DNA of 41,508 nt from a virus (IMGVR_UViG_3300038829_000181:1-41508), one strand, 5' to 3'; positions 16,176 through 26,304 are shown, counted from the first letter of the stretch. Program-made: numbers and translations. Notes: generated by a model not told the origin, from the sequence alone.

Positions 16176-19135
16176 TGTCGCAGGCGGCGAGAGCGGCAAC
16201 CTCTGGCGAATTGGCGTTGCTCCGCGCGCCTGGCGATTGGAGCCGCGCATATTTTGGCATCTATAAGCCGAATGTGATTTACACCGCATTGTTGAATGGC
16301 GCGCCTGCCTCGACCGATATGGTGGGGCAGATTTCTTTTGACGGTGGTACAGGAACGTTGGCTGATGTAAAAGCCGAGATGACGCTGTGGGTGGGGTCCA
16401 CGGCGGGGGGGCATGATTTGGGCGTGTGCCGCATCCGCAAGGCTCCGATCAGCGGAACCATTTATATTGGTTACACCAGCGAGATTGACTGGGCGGATAA
16501 CTGTCACCTGACCATTGTAGACCACGCCATGCTCAATAAGCGGCCTGTAGTGATCGAAGATAATGTGATCAAAATGGATGGGGAAACCGCATATACCAAC
16601 CAGCATACGGTTTTCAATCCTGTGCCTGTGTTGGGATGTCACGCGGCCGCGTGGTTGACTGGCGCGAGCGTGAATATCCTTTTCGATGCGGGCGATTCGT
16701 GGGTCTATGAATCAACCATCAGCGCATATTCCTGGAGCGCGCCTGGCTCAAGCGCATCGAGCGGCATGGCCACGGCAACGCCAACCATCACATACAATGC
16801 CGCAGGGTATTACCGAGTCTCTTGCACGGTAACGGCGGCAAACGGCAAAACGTCCACGGGGGTGAGGTTCGTAATGGTCTTCGATGCGGACAATAAACCA
16901 TATCGCGGCGAAGTGCGTTCTCCCAACGCCGATTATGAAACAGGCGGATGGTCCTTTGGGGCGCGTATGTTTGCAGACGCTGACCCCACAGAAATCATCG
17001 AAGGGGCGTTGTGCATTCTTTTCAGCGAGGACTGGTACGGTTCGACGAAGCAATCCATCGGTCAGGTGGCGAACCGCGAGAATATCATTTGCTGGGGATA
17101 TATCGCAGGGGAATCCATCGAATGGGATGCGGAAGTGTCATCCGTCGAATTCTCGGTACAGGGTCCGCAGGATTGGCTGAAGAAGATATCCAGCAACCCC
17201 TTGACGTTGAATTTCGCAAAATCTTCCCCGACAACCTGGGAGATGATGCCTGAGTTAACCGTAGACCGCGCGCTTTGGCATGTGTTGTATTGGCGCAGTA
17301 ATGCCGCCGTCCTGCTCAATATCACGCTGACGGGCGACGCTCGTTATGCCCCAAAGATCGAATCTATGGAGGGGTCTCTCTGGGCGCAAATGAAAGATTT
17401 CGCCTGGCAGAAAATATTTGGGCACATCGGCTGTGACCGTTATGGCAGATTCTATGCGGTGATCGATCCACAGCTTGTGCCAGAGGCAAGCCGCACCTGG
17501 GCCACTGTGATGACGCTCACAAAAAAAGACTGGCGCGACCGTATCGATATCAAACGCATCAAACAGCGCAAGCTGGCTTTGCTCAGCATGTCTGGCTGGG
17601 TGACGGATGACAGCGGGGCCGTGCATACCTTGTATTCGCTGGCTATGGGGCATCTGCGCGCGCAGTACGGCGAAAGCGAAATCAAAGATAAATTGCTGGC
17701 AACCAGTCAGTCGCAATTCAACACCCTCACAGGCTTGTACATGGGATGGAAGAACAAGGAATTTGATTTCGATATTTCCCTGTCTCAAAACAACCGCCTG
17801 ATTGATCTATGGCCGAACCAGTTTTTGGATATTTCGCTTGCGGCAGGCGATACCCCGCGCGGCATTGCCTACGCTGGTAATCTGGTCCCGCGCTCGATCA
17901 CGCTTCAGCACGACCCCGAAACGGGTTGCTGGTCTACTGAAATATCCTGCGAAGCCGAGACATTCGCGGAGTTGGCTATAAAAGGCGATATCCCAAACGT
18001 CGAGCCTGCGCCAACCTATCCGCCGCCGCCTACGTTCCCACCCCCTACCATCCCTCCTGTTACCAATCCACCGCCCACCACGCCGCCTGAAAACCAACCT
18101 GAAAAAGTAATCGGGTTGATGTATCCCTTTGGCGTGGCATGGACGGAAACCTTCGATGAATATGAAGTGGGCGTAAAACCTGAATGGAAATTTATGAATG
18201 CGGGCCTTGAAACGGCCACCTGGAAGACCGATATAAGTCAAATAGTTATCACGCCAGGCGGCGCGATCTATATCATGACCGATGGCAGCAGTGCGGGGGG
18301 GTGGTCGCGGATTATGCGCGCATCCTCCCTCGGCGCTAGCTGGGAGACTGTTTTTTTGGCGACCGAATATTCAGCCGCCGCGCGAATCACTGGCCTGGGC
18401 GTCAATAAAAATGTCAGCGATCAGGTTGCGATTGTTGTCGGGGATGCTTATGTAAATTTTGGCACGCTTGATACGCATAAGATTTATGTGGGTTCGGGAT
18501 CAACTTTCAGCGCGGGCGGATATATTCGACTCAAATATTCCAACTACCAAAAGGGCGTTGTATTTTGGAAAAACAATTGGATCGTTGCAGGGCATCGTCC
18601 CACGGGTATTGGCGGTTCGCTGGCATCGCCGCGTTATTGGCAATATAGCGCCGATGGCAGTTTGGCTGGCGCCGTAGATGGCGTTGATTGGAGCAGCGGC
18701 TCAGGGGCAACGGTGGGAGACTGCCATGCCATTGCAAACGTAAATCTCATTTTATGGGGCGGCAATGTGACTGACGATTATGTTGTGGTCGCCGACCTGG
18801 CAGGCGCTTCGATGACGCGCGTCACCACGGGCATCCATTTGCAGTATCTCCAGCAAATGGCAGTTTCGCCCACGGGCGTCAACGGCATGGGTAATGACGG
18901 AAGTACGCCTTACAAATCCACAGATTCATTCGCCACGTGGCAGACGGTTTCAGGGACCATCCCTGTCGGGTCAGACGTATGGGATAACTGCAACGATGAT
19001 TACCGCTGGATTTTTGGCGGCGGGGTGGTCCTCAGGTTGACGATGGATCAGGGCGCAACTTACATTGACAAAATGGGCAACCTCACCTGGGTTGCCCCCT
19101 TGATGGACATATCCATGCTGAGGTATATCGAATGA
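16175..19135 (+). CDS. Tail tip/baseplate hub protein with PKD-like domain, Pro-rich linker and beta-propeller-like C-terminus
   Basis: 986 aa with ISAYSWS..TITY...G.Y.V..TVT (PKD-like), PPPPTFPPPT linker and SxDxGxTW-like repeats. Confidence 0.7.
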   Translation: MSQAARAATSGELALLRAPGDWSRAYFGIYKPNVIYTALLNGAPASTDMVGQISFDGGTGTLADVKAEMTLWVGSTAGGHDLGVCRIRKAPISGTIYIGYTSEIDWADNCHLTIVDHAMLNKRPVVIEDNVIKMDGETAYTNQHTVFNPVPVLGCHAAAWLTGASVNILFDAGDSWVYESTISAYSWSAPGSSASSGMATATPTITYNAAGYYRVSCTVTAANGKTSTGVRFVMVFDADNKPYRGEVRSPNADYETGGWSFGARMFADADPTEIIEGALCILFSEDWYGSTKQSIGQVANRENIICWGYIAGESIEWDAEVSSVEFSVQGPQDWLKKISSNPLTLNFAKSSPTTWEMMPELTVDRALWHVLYWRSNAAVLLNITLTGDARYAPKIESMEGSLWAQMKDFAWQKIFGHIGCDRYGRFYAVIDPQLVPEASRTWATVMTLTKKDWRDRIDIKRIKQRKLALLSMSGWVTDDSGAVHTLYSLAMGHLRAQYGESEIKDKLLATSQSQFNTLTGLYMGWKNKEFDFDISLSQNNRLIDLWPNQFLDISLAAGDTPRGIAYAGNLVPRSITLQHDPETGCWSTEISCEAETFAELAIKGDIPNVEPAPTYPPPPTFPPPTIPPVTNPPPTTPPENQPEKVIGLMYPFGVAWTETFDEYEVGVKPEWKFMNAGLETATWKTDISQIVITPGGAIYIMTDGSSAGGWSRIMRASSLGASWETVFLATEYSAAARITGLGVNKNVSDQVAIVVGDAYVNFGTLDTHKIYVGSGSTFSAGGYIRLKYSNYQKGVVFWKNNWIVAGHRPTGIGGSLASPRYWQYSADGSLAGAVDGVDWSSGSGATVGDCHAIANVNLILWGGNVTDDYVVVADLAGASMTRVTTGIHLQYLQQMAVSPTGVNGMGNDGSTPYKSTDSFATWQTVSGTIPVGSDVWDNCNDDYRWIFGGGVVLRLTMDQGATYIDKMGNLTWVAPLMDISMLRYIE

Positions 19136-20421
19136 CGAGCGCTGGCAGAAAACTGGATGTAACCATTGGTAAATTATTTTCCGCACGCAAAGACCTGGAA
19201 ATCCCCGCCTGGTTGGGCGATAGAAGCGGAAACATCAAAGCCGATGACAACGGCAATGTATACGTCACGTTTTGGAATGGGGAGACGATCATCGTCCGCA
19301 ACCATAGCGTGCCAAACCAGCAGCGGTGGGTGATTGTTGGATATCGAAATAATGTTTTGCAGGTTCTTAAATCGTGGGATACATTCTTTGACGCTTCCTC
19401 CCCCGATGTGCCTGAGCATGATCATACCTGGGGCATATCCACGAACCCGAGTTGGATCCGCAAGCAGCAGATTTTAGACGGCCTGGCCGCGCCTGGCACG
19501 GGATTAACCATTGATTTTTTGGGCTTGGAATATTATTTGAATGGAGCCTATCACGTAATTGGTTATAAAAACATAGACCTCACGGCGCAGATCCCAACCA
19601 GTGACGCCAGGTGGTGCAACGTCGAGGCGGACGAAGACGGCGTGATCTCATTCAATACGGGCGGAACGGTCAAATCTTCTCGGGAACTTTTGTTGCTTGA
19701 GGATATTCCCGCAACGGCAGCCGCCAAGAAATTATTGTTTTCCGTCCGAACACGGGTGGGGCAGGTCTCTTTCAAAAAAGAGCCAAGCGATTCAGATATA
19801 TTTGTCCCTCTGTTTTCAGGGGTCGCATCAGGCGGCAGTGCATCGTCAATCGCATGGGGAGGGATTATTGGCACGCTGGCTGATCAACCCGATTTGCAAT
19901 CGGAACTGGATGTAAAACAAAACCTTGTTTTATCCCCTGTCGATAATGATATTGCCACAGTGGATAATTTGGGTCAGACCAAGGATTCTGGAAAATCTTT
20001 TGACACGGATACAACTTTTGCCGCAAACTCGGACAATAAAATCCCGACACAGAAAGCGGTCAAGACCTTTGTTGAAACGCTTGTTGCTGGCTTGGGGGTA
20101 ACTTGGGAAATAATCACTTCTGACCAGTCCGCTAGCAATGACCATGGGTACATTGCCAACAAGGCTACCCTGCTTGTAATTACCCTACCCACCATTGCTA
20201 GCGTAACCCAGATTATACGCATCGCGGGCATGAATGCGGGTCTTTGGAAAATTGCCCAAAATGCAGGTCAGCTGATTCATCTAGGGAACCTGGACACTAC
20301 CACAGGAGTGGGGGGTTCTCTTGCCAGCGTTCATGCAAGGGATGCTGTGGAGCTGATTTGTGTAGTGGCGAATACGGAGTGGAACGTGATCTCTTCCACA
20401 GGAAACATTATGGTGGTGTGA
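19132..20421 (+). CDS. Minor tail/fibre protein
   Basis: WGGIIGTLADQPDLQ and IPTQKAVKTFV fibre-like motifs. Confidence 0.65.
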   Translation: MTSAGRKLDVTIGKLFSARKDLEIPAWLGDRSGNIKADDNGNVYVTFWNGETIIVRNHSVPNQQRWVIVGYRNNVLQVLKSWDTFFDASSPDVPEHDHTWGISTNPSWIRKQQILDGLAAPGTGLTIDFLGLEYYLNGAYHVIGYKNIDLTAQIPTSDARWCNVEADEDGVISFNTGGTVKSSRELLLLEDIPATAAAKKLLFSVRTRVGQVSFKKEPSDSDIFVPLFSGVASGGSASSIAWGGIIGTLADQPDLQSELDVKQNLVLSPVDNDIATVDNLGQTKDSGKSFDTDTTFAANSDNKIPTQKAVKTFVETLVAGLGVTWEIITSDQSASNDHGYIANKATLLVITLPTIASVTQIIRIAGMNAGLWKIAQNAGQLIHLGNLDTTTGVGGSLASVHARDAVELICVVANTEWNVISSTGNIMVV

Positions 20422-20422
20422 C

Positions 20423-20977
20423 ATGAGTGTGCTTTTGGCATCAAATAATAACGATCACGGCAGTCCCACTCTGCTGAACCTAGTGACTATCACCAAGTAT
20501 GCAGTGGCATTTTCATTGCCTAATCGTGCCACTATTGATCGAGTAGATTACACGCTTAGCAAGGTGGGCAGTCCCACAGGCAATGCTTATGCTCGAATTT
20601 ATAATCTGACAGACACGTATGGAGTAAATGCAGTGCCTCTGGGAAATCCCATTGCAGAATCAGATCCTTTCGATGTGACCACTATTGGAGCAGAGGGGTG
20701 GTATTCGTTTCTGTTCTCCACCCCTGCGGCTCTCCCCTCTGCTACTCCCTACTTTATTTCAGTAGAGCATGTAGGCACAGCCAGCAATCGTGTGACCGTA
20801 CAACTGGACACAGACGAGACCATCTATGCAGGCAATACTGCAGGGTACACAGGTACATGGAGCTATCTCATTGGAGGCAGTGAGTATGACTTATATTTTT
20901 TCCTCTATGGCAATTTGATATTGCCCTCCATTCAAGGTGTCCAGTCGATCACAGGCGTTCAATCTATTCGATTCTAG
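20423..20977 (+). CDS. Hypothetical beta-rich virion protein
   Basis: Position in the tail module, LSKVGSPTG beta-sandwich pattern. Confidence 0.55.
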   Translation: MSVLLASNNNDHGSPTLLNLVTITKYAVAFSLPNRATIDRVDYTLSKVGSPTGNAYARIYNLTDTYGVNAVPLGNPIAESDPFDVTTIGAEGWYSFLFSTPAALPSATPYFISVEHVGTASNRVTVQLDTDETIYAGNTAGYTGTWSYLIGGSEYDLYFFLYGNLILPSIQGVQSITGVQSIRF

Positions 20978-20984
20978 GAGAAAA

Positions 20985-21623
20985 ATGGCTACTAATAATT
21001 CAGTAAATATGGGTATTCAGGAAAATGCAGATGGTGGGGAGATCCAGCTAGGTGTTATCAAGAGGATCTTACGATGGCTTGGATCCACAATTATCCTGAC
21101 AGGATCAGGGAGCAACGTGTATACCTTTCCCAACCAGTCTGGCACAGTGGCACTGATGGAGCTGGTTTATCCCATTGGCTCCGTGGTGACACTGGGGGTA
21201 AGTACCAACCCTGCTACACTATTTGGCATCGGCACGTGGGCGGCCATTGCTGGCAGGGTAATTGTTGGTATTGACGCGACTCAAACAGAATTTGACACAT
21301 TGAGCGAGACGGGTGGAGCAAAAACTCATACTCTAATAACATCAGAAATGCCTGTTCATACCCACATACAAGATGCCCACAATCACACTCAAAACTCCCA
21401 CCCCCATACTATACTAGCACGTCAAAACTCAACTGCAGGCACAGAGGCCAGGGTTATGAATTCCACTGCGGGGGTAGGAGGTGCCAACAGCACCCCAGAC
21501 ACCTCAGCAGCAACTGCCACTAACATTGCCGCAACTGCTACCAACCAAAATGCAGGTAGTGGTGGAACTCACAATAATCTACAACCATACATTGTCAAAT
21601 ATGTATGGCAACGCACTGCCTAA
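20985..21623 (+). CDS. Baseplate wedge/tail collar-like protein (T4 gp10 C-terminal-like)
   Basis: YPIGS, GRVIVG, GGAKTHTL...EMP.H.H and HNNLQPY...W.RTA motifs. Confidence 0.75.
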   Translation: MATNNSVNMGIQENADGGEIQLGVIKRILRWLGSTIILTGSGSNVYTFPNQSGTVALMELVYPIGSVVTLGVSTNPATLFGIGTWAAIAGRVIVGIDATQTEFDTLSETGGAKTHTLITSEMPVHTHIQDAHNHTQNSHPHTILARQNSTAGTEARVMNSTAGVGGANSTPDTSAATATNIAATATNQNAGSGGTHNNLQPYIVKYVWQRTA

Positions 21624-21683
21624 ACTGGCGTGGGGCTTGGATTGGCGGATTTTGAGTATGTCTATTTTGGAAAAGGAGACACG

Positions 21684-22913
21684 ATGAAACTGGAACTGAA
21701 GTGGAGAAGGATTATTGGAGGAGTGGTTACGGCGGCGCTGGCGGTGGGCGGGGTACATGCTGTTGCGGGTCCTGACCGTGTGCTGGTTGGGAATATTGAT
21801 CATACGATCACCGAGAGTGGGACGCCGATTGATTATTTTGAAGTGACCTGCGTGGGCGCGGTAAGAAGCATCCGCGTCCGCGGGTCATACGTTCGGTTAC
21901 ATGATTGCGAGGTGACGGGGAGCGTCACCCATGCAATCCGCATCGGCACATATCCCACTGCGACGGACGTGCATGATGTCATCATTGAAAAGGTGACTGT
22001 ACGCAATTCTGTCACCGAAAATGGAGTCTATCCCGCTTGTGGAACAATTGGCAGTGGGGGATGGGGGAGTGGTATCAAAGCTGAAAAGGGGTCGCATGAT
22101 TTGTATATCCACGATAATGATGTGCATGAAAACTGCGGGGAGGGAATCGCTGCCACGATGGCGGATCATGTTCGCATCGAGAACAATCTTACCTGGAATA
22201 ATTGGGCTGGCAACATCTATGCCGATGCCAGCAGTCATGTATCGATTGTCGGCAACATTGTGATCTGCGATTCGAATACCAGTAATGGGTATATCAGCGG
22301 GAGACAGACTTTTGGGATCATGGATGGGCATGAATATTATTCTGGATGGACGGGGGGGCGTTCCGATCTGGAAATCCTCAATAATGTGGTGCAAGGATGT
22401 TATGACGGCATCTCGATTTTCAAGCCAGAGGCTGGCGCGGTGAATCACCTGCTTGCCAATGCGGTGATTTCAGGCAATACCGTAACCCTGGGCTGGCGCT
22501 GGTCGATCATTGTATCGAGCGGTGCGGTTGTTCAAAATGTGACGATTACAAATAACCGCCTGCACCGCACCGCATTTTCGGCAGTCCCTGGAGTGGCGAT
22601 TTCAAATAATACGATCTTCAACCAGCCCGCGATTACCCCGACGGGAATTGCGCCGATTGTTTCTGTTACGCTGTCACTGACGGGACTGCCCGTGACTTCG
22701 ACATTTACATTCACGCCTCCCATTCCCACAGCGACTCGGACGCTGACAATCTCCCCGACCGCAGGCACGCCCCCAACGACTACCGTGACCCGAACACCCC
22801 TATCGGCCACGCCGACACAAACCCCCACGAGGACGCCGATGCCAATGACGCCAACGCCCACCTTCGAGTGTTATCTTTTCCCTGCCCATGGCCAGCGGGT
22901 ATGTTTGCCGTAA
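21684..22913 (+). CDS. Secreted right-handed beta-helix (pectin-lyase-like) protein with Pro/Thr-rich tail
   Basis: Signal peptide (basic, hydrophobic, VHA), parallel beta-helix repeats (I.NN.V, GI), TPT repeats, AAAGGAG RBS. Confidence 0.75.
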   Translation: MKLELKWRRIIGGVVTAALAVGGVHAVAGPDRVLVGNIDHTITESGTPIDYFEVTCVGAVRSIRVRGSYVRLHDCEVTGSVTHAIRIGTYPTATDVHDVIIEKVTVRNSVTENGVYPACGTIGSGGWGSGIKAEKGSHDLYIHDNDVHENCGEGIAATMADHVRIENNLTWNNWAGNIYADASSHVSIVGNIVICDSNTSNGYISGRQTFGIMDGHEYYSGWTGGRSDLEILNNVVQGCYDGISIFKPEAGAVNHLLANAVISGNTVTLGWRWSIIVSSGAVVQNVTITNNRLHRTAFSAVPGVAISNNTIFNQPAITPTGIAPIVSVTLSLTGLPVTSTFTFTPPIPTATRTLTISPTAGTPPTTTVTRTPLSATPTQTPTRTPMPMTPTPTFECYLFPAHGQRVCLP

Positions 22914-22925
22914 AGGAGATGTGAA

Positions 22926-23390
22926 ATGGCTAGAAAAATTTCAGCAAATAAACATGAGGTTGTTTGGGAGTATACAGGCGGTGGAAGGGTGATCGGTTCC
23001 ATTACGAAGCTGCCGAGGAATCAATATAGATTCGCCATTGCTACGCAAAAACTCGACGAGGTTGATCGCTTTGTATTGCAGGATTTCTCGGAGGCTTTGA
23101 AGCAGGTCTGTGCTTATGTCGGGACAGTGATTGGGAAGAAGATCAATGTGCGCGGGGCGAATGTGGATCCAGATGAACCTGCTTGGGACGCGAAGAAGGA
23201 TTTGGTGGTGACATATCAGATTTTCAAGAATGATCCTGAGATCAAGTTAACTTTCACGCGCTATGCGGAGGACGGCAGGGTGAAAGCCGATTTGCAGGCG
23301 TTTCAATTTTCAGACATCCCTTCTGGAATTCAGGTGAAGCATATAGCGATGAAAGCGGCGACGTTGATGTTGGCGTATGTGAGAGAGTGA
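22926..23390 (+). CDS. Hypothetical protein
   Basis: AAGGAG RBS, last gene of the late operon. Confidence 0.7.
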   Translation: MARKISANKHEVVWEYTGGGRVIGSITKLPRNQYRFAIATQKLDEVDRFVLQDFSEALKQVCAYVGTVIGKKINVRGANVDPDEPAWDAKKDLVVTYQIFKNDPEIKLTFTRYAEDGRVKADLQAFQFSDIPSGIQVKHIAMKAATLMLAYVRE

Positions 23391-23404
23391 TTTTCCGTTG
23401 GAAT

Positions 23405-23448
23405 AAAACCAAGCATCCTTCTCAGTGATGAGAAGGATGCTTGGTTTT
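23405..23448. terminator. Bidirectional terminator between convergent late operon and integrase
   Basis: Perfect 20-bp stem AAAACCAAGCATCCTTCTCA-gtga-TGAGAAGGATGCTTGGTTTT. Confidence 0.85.
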
Positions 23449-25059
23449 TACGTGGAATGCTGTTTTGAGAATGTGTCTATATAGAGGCGGTCCCGACGGG
23501 GGTTGGAATGTAGACACATTCTCAGGCGCCGCGGGACCGTGGGCTTTTGGGAGGTTGGGCGGGGGGTAGTAGTAATAGATTGTGCCGTGGAGCATTTTGT
23601 CTTCGCGGCGGACTTCTACGCGGTCTACGATGAGGCGGAGGAGGAGGCGTTGGGTGTCGAGGTTGGCGGCGGCGAAGGCTTGGGCGTAATTGACGGCGAT
23701 GTAGGCGAGCACGTCTGGGGGGATTGCGGAAACGGGTTCGATGGCGGAGGCTTCGAGATCGGCGAGTTGGCTTTCGAGATCGGTTTCGTCCATCTCCAGT
23801 TCTTTGAGACGTTTGGCGGGGGCTTTGGCTTGCTTACCAAGTTCTTCGAGGATATCCATCACGTTGGTAATTTTCTTTCGGACGGAAGCAAGCCTGGTCT
23901 TGAAGTCGAGGCGTTTTTCTGTCTGTTTGACCAACTGCTTGGCGGAATCAGACTTCAGTTGTTCGTAGGCGGCGAGGAGATTTTCTGGCTTGAGGATGAC
24001 GCTTGTAATGGTATCCCTGACGGCGTTCTCGACCGTCTCGCGTGGGATGCGGCTCTTGGTGCAGTCGCGTTTTCGATAGGCGCGGGTGCAGAAGTAGCTG
24101 TCGTAGGTCTTGCCGCTTTTTTGCGGAGAGGAACGACCGAAGAGAGGCGAGCCACAATGAGCGCAGCGACCGATGCCGCTGAGAAGGAAGCGGGATTTGG
24201 CACGGCGCGGATGATCCATTGAATCAGTGGCGACGTGCTTTCGGCGGGCGTAATGATTTTGGACGATCTGCACCTGGTTCCATAATTCGGGGCTGACCAT
24301 CGGTTCGCAATAATTTTCGATGACGAGATCTGCGAATTCAAGCGTGCCTTTGTAGATTTTATTGGCGAAGAAGGTGGAATAGGAGTTGATGCCGCTGTAG
24401 AGTTTGGTCTCTTTGTGGATCTCGCCCAGCGATATGCGACGCACGCGCATTTCGTAGGCTCGCCTGACGCGGGGGATAAAGTCTGGGTCTGGAATCCACT
24501 TGTGGGCGGTATGAGGCGTTCCGTCGCGCCGCAAACCGATGGTGACAGGCTCACGCATAAACCCGCGCGGACATCCGCCAGGGACGCATCCATAGCGTTC
24601 GACAAGATTTCGCAGGCCGCGTTTGACATCGAGGGAGAGGTCTTCGAGATATTGTTCGTCCTTGAAGTCTATGGCGGCTTCAAAGAGGCGGCCCATGGGA
24701 CCATCGGGCACTTTGTCGTTCATGCTGTAGAAGATGTAGCCCAGAGTGCGAATCTCAGCGCGAAAGAATTGAGCATTATCCACCGAGCGGGCGAAGCGGT
24801 TATATTTCCAAACGACTACACCGCGTTCGCTGCATTCGTGACGGAAGGCATACATCATGGCTTGCAGTTCATCACGTTTGACAACGCTGGAGCCGCGCCG
24901 CGCTTCATCCTTGAAGATGCGAGTGACAACCAGGTTATTTTCTGCCGCCCATTTGCGCAGTGCGGCTTCTTGTTGTTCTATGGAAAGTTCCTGGTCTTCG
25001 TGACCGCTATCGCGCAGGTAGCAGAAGATTCGGTCGGCAGGGGAGAAGGGGAGGGTCAT
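23422..25059 (-). CDS. Large serine recombinase (phage integrase)
   Basis: Catalytic YLRDS, SIEQQ, NRFAR, recombinase domain, zinc ribbon LLSGIGRCAHCG...YFC...C, coiled coil. Start at MTLPF is assumed. Confidence 0.92.
   Translation of the reverse strand: MTLPFSPADRIFCYLRDSGHEDQELSIEQQEAALRKWAAENNLVVTRIFKDEARRGSSVVKRDELQAMMYAFRHECSERGVVVWKYNRFARSVDNAQFFRAEIRTLGYIFYSMNDKVPDGPMGRLFEAAIDFKDEQYLEDLSLDVKRGLRNLVERYGCVPGGCPRGFMREPVTIGLRRDGTPHTAHKWIPDPDFIPRVRRAYEMRVRRISLGEIHKETKLYSGINSYSTFFANKIYKGTLEFADLVIENYCEPMVSPELWNQVQIVQNHYARRKHVATDSMDHPRRAKSRFLLSGIGRCAHCGSPLFGRSSPQKSGKTYDSYFCTRAYRKRDCTKSRIPRETVENAVRDTITSVILKPENLLAAYEQLKSDSAKQLVKQTEKRLDFKTRLASVRKKITNVMDILEELGKQAKAPAKRLKELEMDETDLESQLADLEASAIEPVSAIPPDVLAYIAVNYAQAFAAANLDTQRLLLRLIVDRVEVRREDKMLHGTIYYYYPPPNLPKAHGPAAPENVSTFQPPSGPPLYRHILKTAFHVKTKHPSHH
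23466..23524. other. Candidate attP within the 3' end of the serine integrase gene
   Basis: Perfect 14-bp inverted repeats TGAGAATGTGTCTA/TAGACACATTCTCA around a 31-bp centre containing a sequence like a tRNA 3' end. Confidence 0.6.
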
Positions 25060-25105
25060 AAGCGTTACACGTCGAAAGTCGAACTTCGGAGGGGGGGGAT
25101 TTCGG

Positions 25106-25660
25106 TCATGGCAGATTCTCGCAAGCAAGTCCGTCATTTTCACGGTCAAGGCCATAAATATCCCCATAGCCCAAAGATTTACAGTATTCATAACATGCTT
25201 GTGCTATAGAGTGTGTTGGAAAATCTTCCACTTTGCAATCAAGGTCAATGCCTGTACATGAGCATAATTTCCCGCCTGATGACGGTGGTTGTGTTTGCTG
25301 TATTTGTTGCGTCGCTAAAGAAAAAGGCGTGTTGGTTGAATAAATATATTCGGTCAGTTGTACTACATTGGTTTGAAGTTGGAAAATAAATATTGTGGCT
25401 GTTGGGGCAATTTCAATCGTTGACGCAAGTGTTGTAGTGGAAAATGGCATTGGATTGGATATCGCAGTTTGAGTTTGAGCAGATGAGGAAGTAAGCGCGA
25501 TGATGCTGGAAAGGGGAAGTGGCGTATCTTGAATTGGCGCAGATGTTGAAAGAGTTGAATCGCTGGAAGCAACCGCAAGCACGAGAACCAGACAAACACA
25601 ACATAAACTTACGATGACAGCAATCGAATAATTCAATATTTTGCGGGTTGTTTTTTTCAT
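25106..25660 (-). CDS. Membrane-anchored protein with Ser/Thr linker and excalibur-like Ca-binding C-terminus
   Basis: N-terminal TM, DLDC..F...AQ and LDRENDGLACE motifs. Confidence 0.75.
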   Translation of the reverse strand: MKKTTRKILNYSIAVIVSLCCVCLVLVLAVASSDSTLSTSAPIQDTPLPLSSIIALTSSSAQTQTAISNPMPFSTTTLASTIEIAPTATIFIFQLQTNVVQLTEYIYSTNTPFSLATQQIQQTQPPSSGGKLCSCTGIDLDCKVEDFPTHSIAQACYEYCKSLGYGDIYGLDRENDGLACENLP

Positions 25661-25816
25661 TTCACCCAATGCGCTGGATAGAGACGAATTTCCAGCCAGC
25701 GCAGATAAAAGTATTTGATGTGTTCGATGACTTGGTAAAGAGTGGGGAATGAGTGCCAGAGAATAAGCAAAGTGAAGCGCAGTTGTTGAAGCGGAGGAAG
25801 GTATTTCCAATCCCGC

Positions 25817-26203
25817 TCAATCGCCGCGCGTCTTTCCTCGCTTTGATGTTGTTTGAATCCGTTCAGTGATTTTCTTCGCTTCATATTTTGCGGCTTCCTC
25901 CGCGATCTGTCTGGCAATTTGTTCCTGTTTTTCTTCGCTCATGAATTCCCAATTGTTGATCGCAACTTGTAAATATGGATTAGGGTGGGGAAGACCCATT
26001 ACATCGTAAATATCATTTCCAAATGTTTCAGCAAGTAGTTTGATATTTTCTCTGCCAGGCTTTTTATTGCCATTCATCCACATATTGAGAAGTGGACGAC
26101 TTACACCCAAATAAATAGCAAATTCTTCGACGGTTTTTCTTTTCCCCAGACTCGCCTGCCATTCAACAAATTTTCGGTTTACCCATTGAGGAAATGTATC
26201 CAT
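25817..26203 (-). CDS. CI-like repressor (XRE HTH)
   Basis: EEFAIYLGVSRPLLNMWMNGNKKPG helix-turn-helix, divergent from the cro-like gene. Confidence 0.85.
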   Translation of the reverse strand: MDTFPQWVNRKFVEWQASLGKRKTVEEFAIYLGVSRPLLNMWMNGNKKPGRENIKLLAETFGNDIYDVMGLPHPNPYLQVAINNWEFMSEEKQEQIARQIAEEAAKYEAKKITERIQTTSKRGKTRGD

Positions 26204-26304
26204 TGATATTGATATTGTAGTGGTAATAAGTGGCATATGTAAGACCCTTGACATAATTTGAATAAGTGGTTACTATGTAACCTAAGTTACATATCGAAAC
26301 CGCC
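26204..26304. promoter_or_regulatory. Lysis/lysogeny switch: divergent promoters and two operators
   Basis: Rightward TTGACA(26248)-17-TACTAT(26271). Leftward TTACAT-17-TACAAT, 10 nt before the repressor ATG. Operators TATGTAA-N6-TKACATA at 26236-26255 and 26274-26293. Confidence 0.8.

Noticed and set aside
16175-22913. Diversity-generating retroelement or invertible tail-fibre switch
   Set aside because: No reverse transcriptase, TR/VR pair or inverted fibre copies were seen.
23503-25209. Long + strand ORFs 23503-24222 and 24415-25209
   Set aside because: Antisense shadows of the serine integrase with no RBS or motifs.
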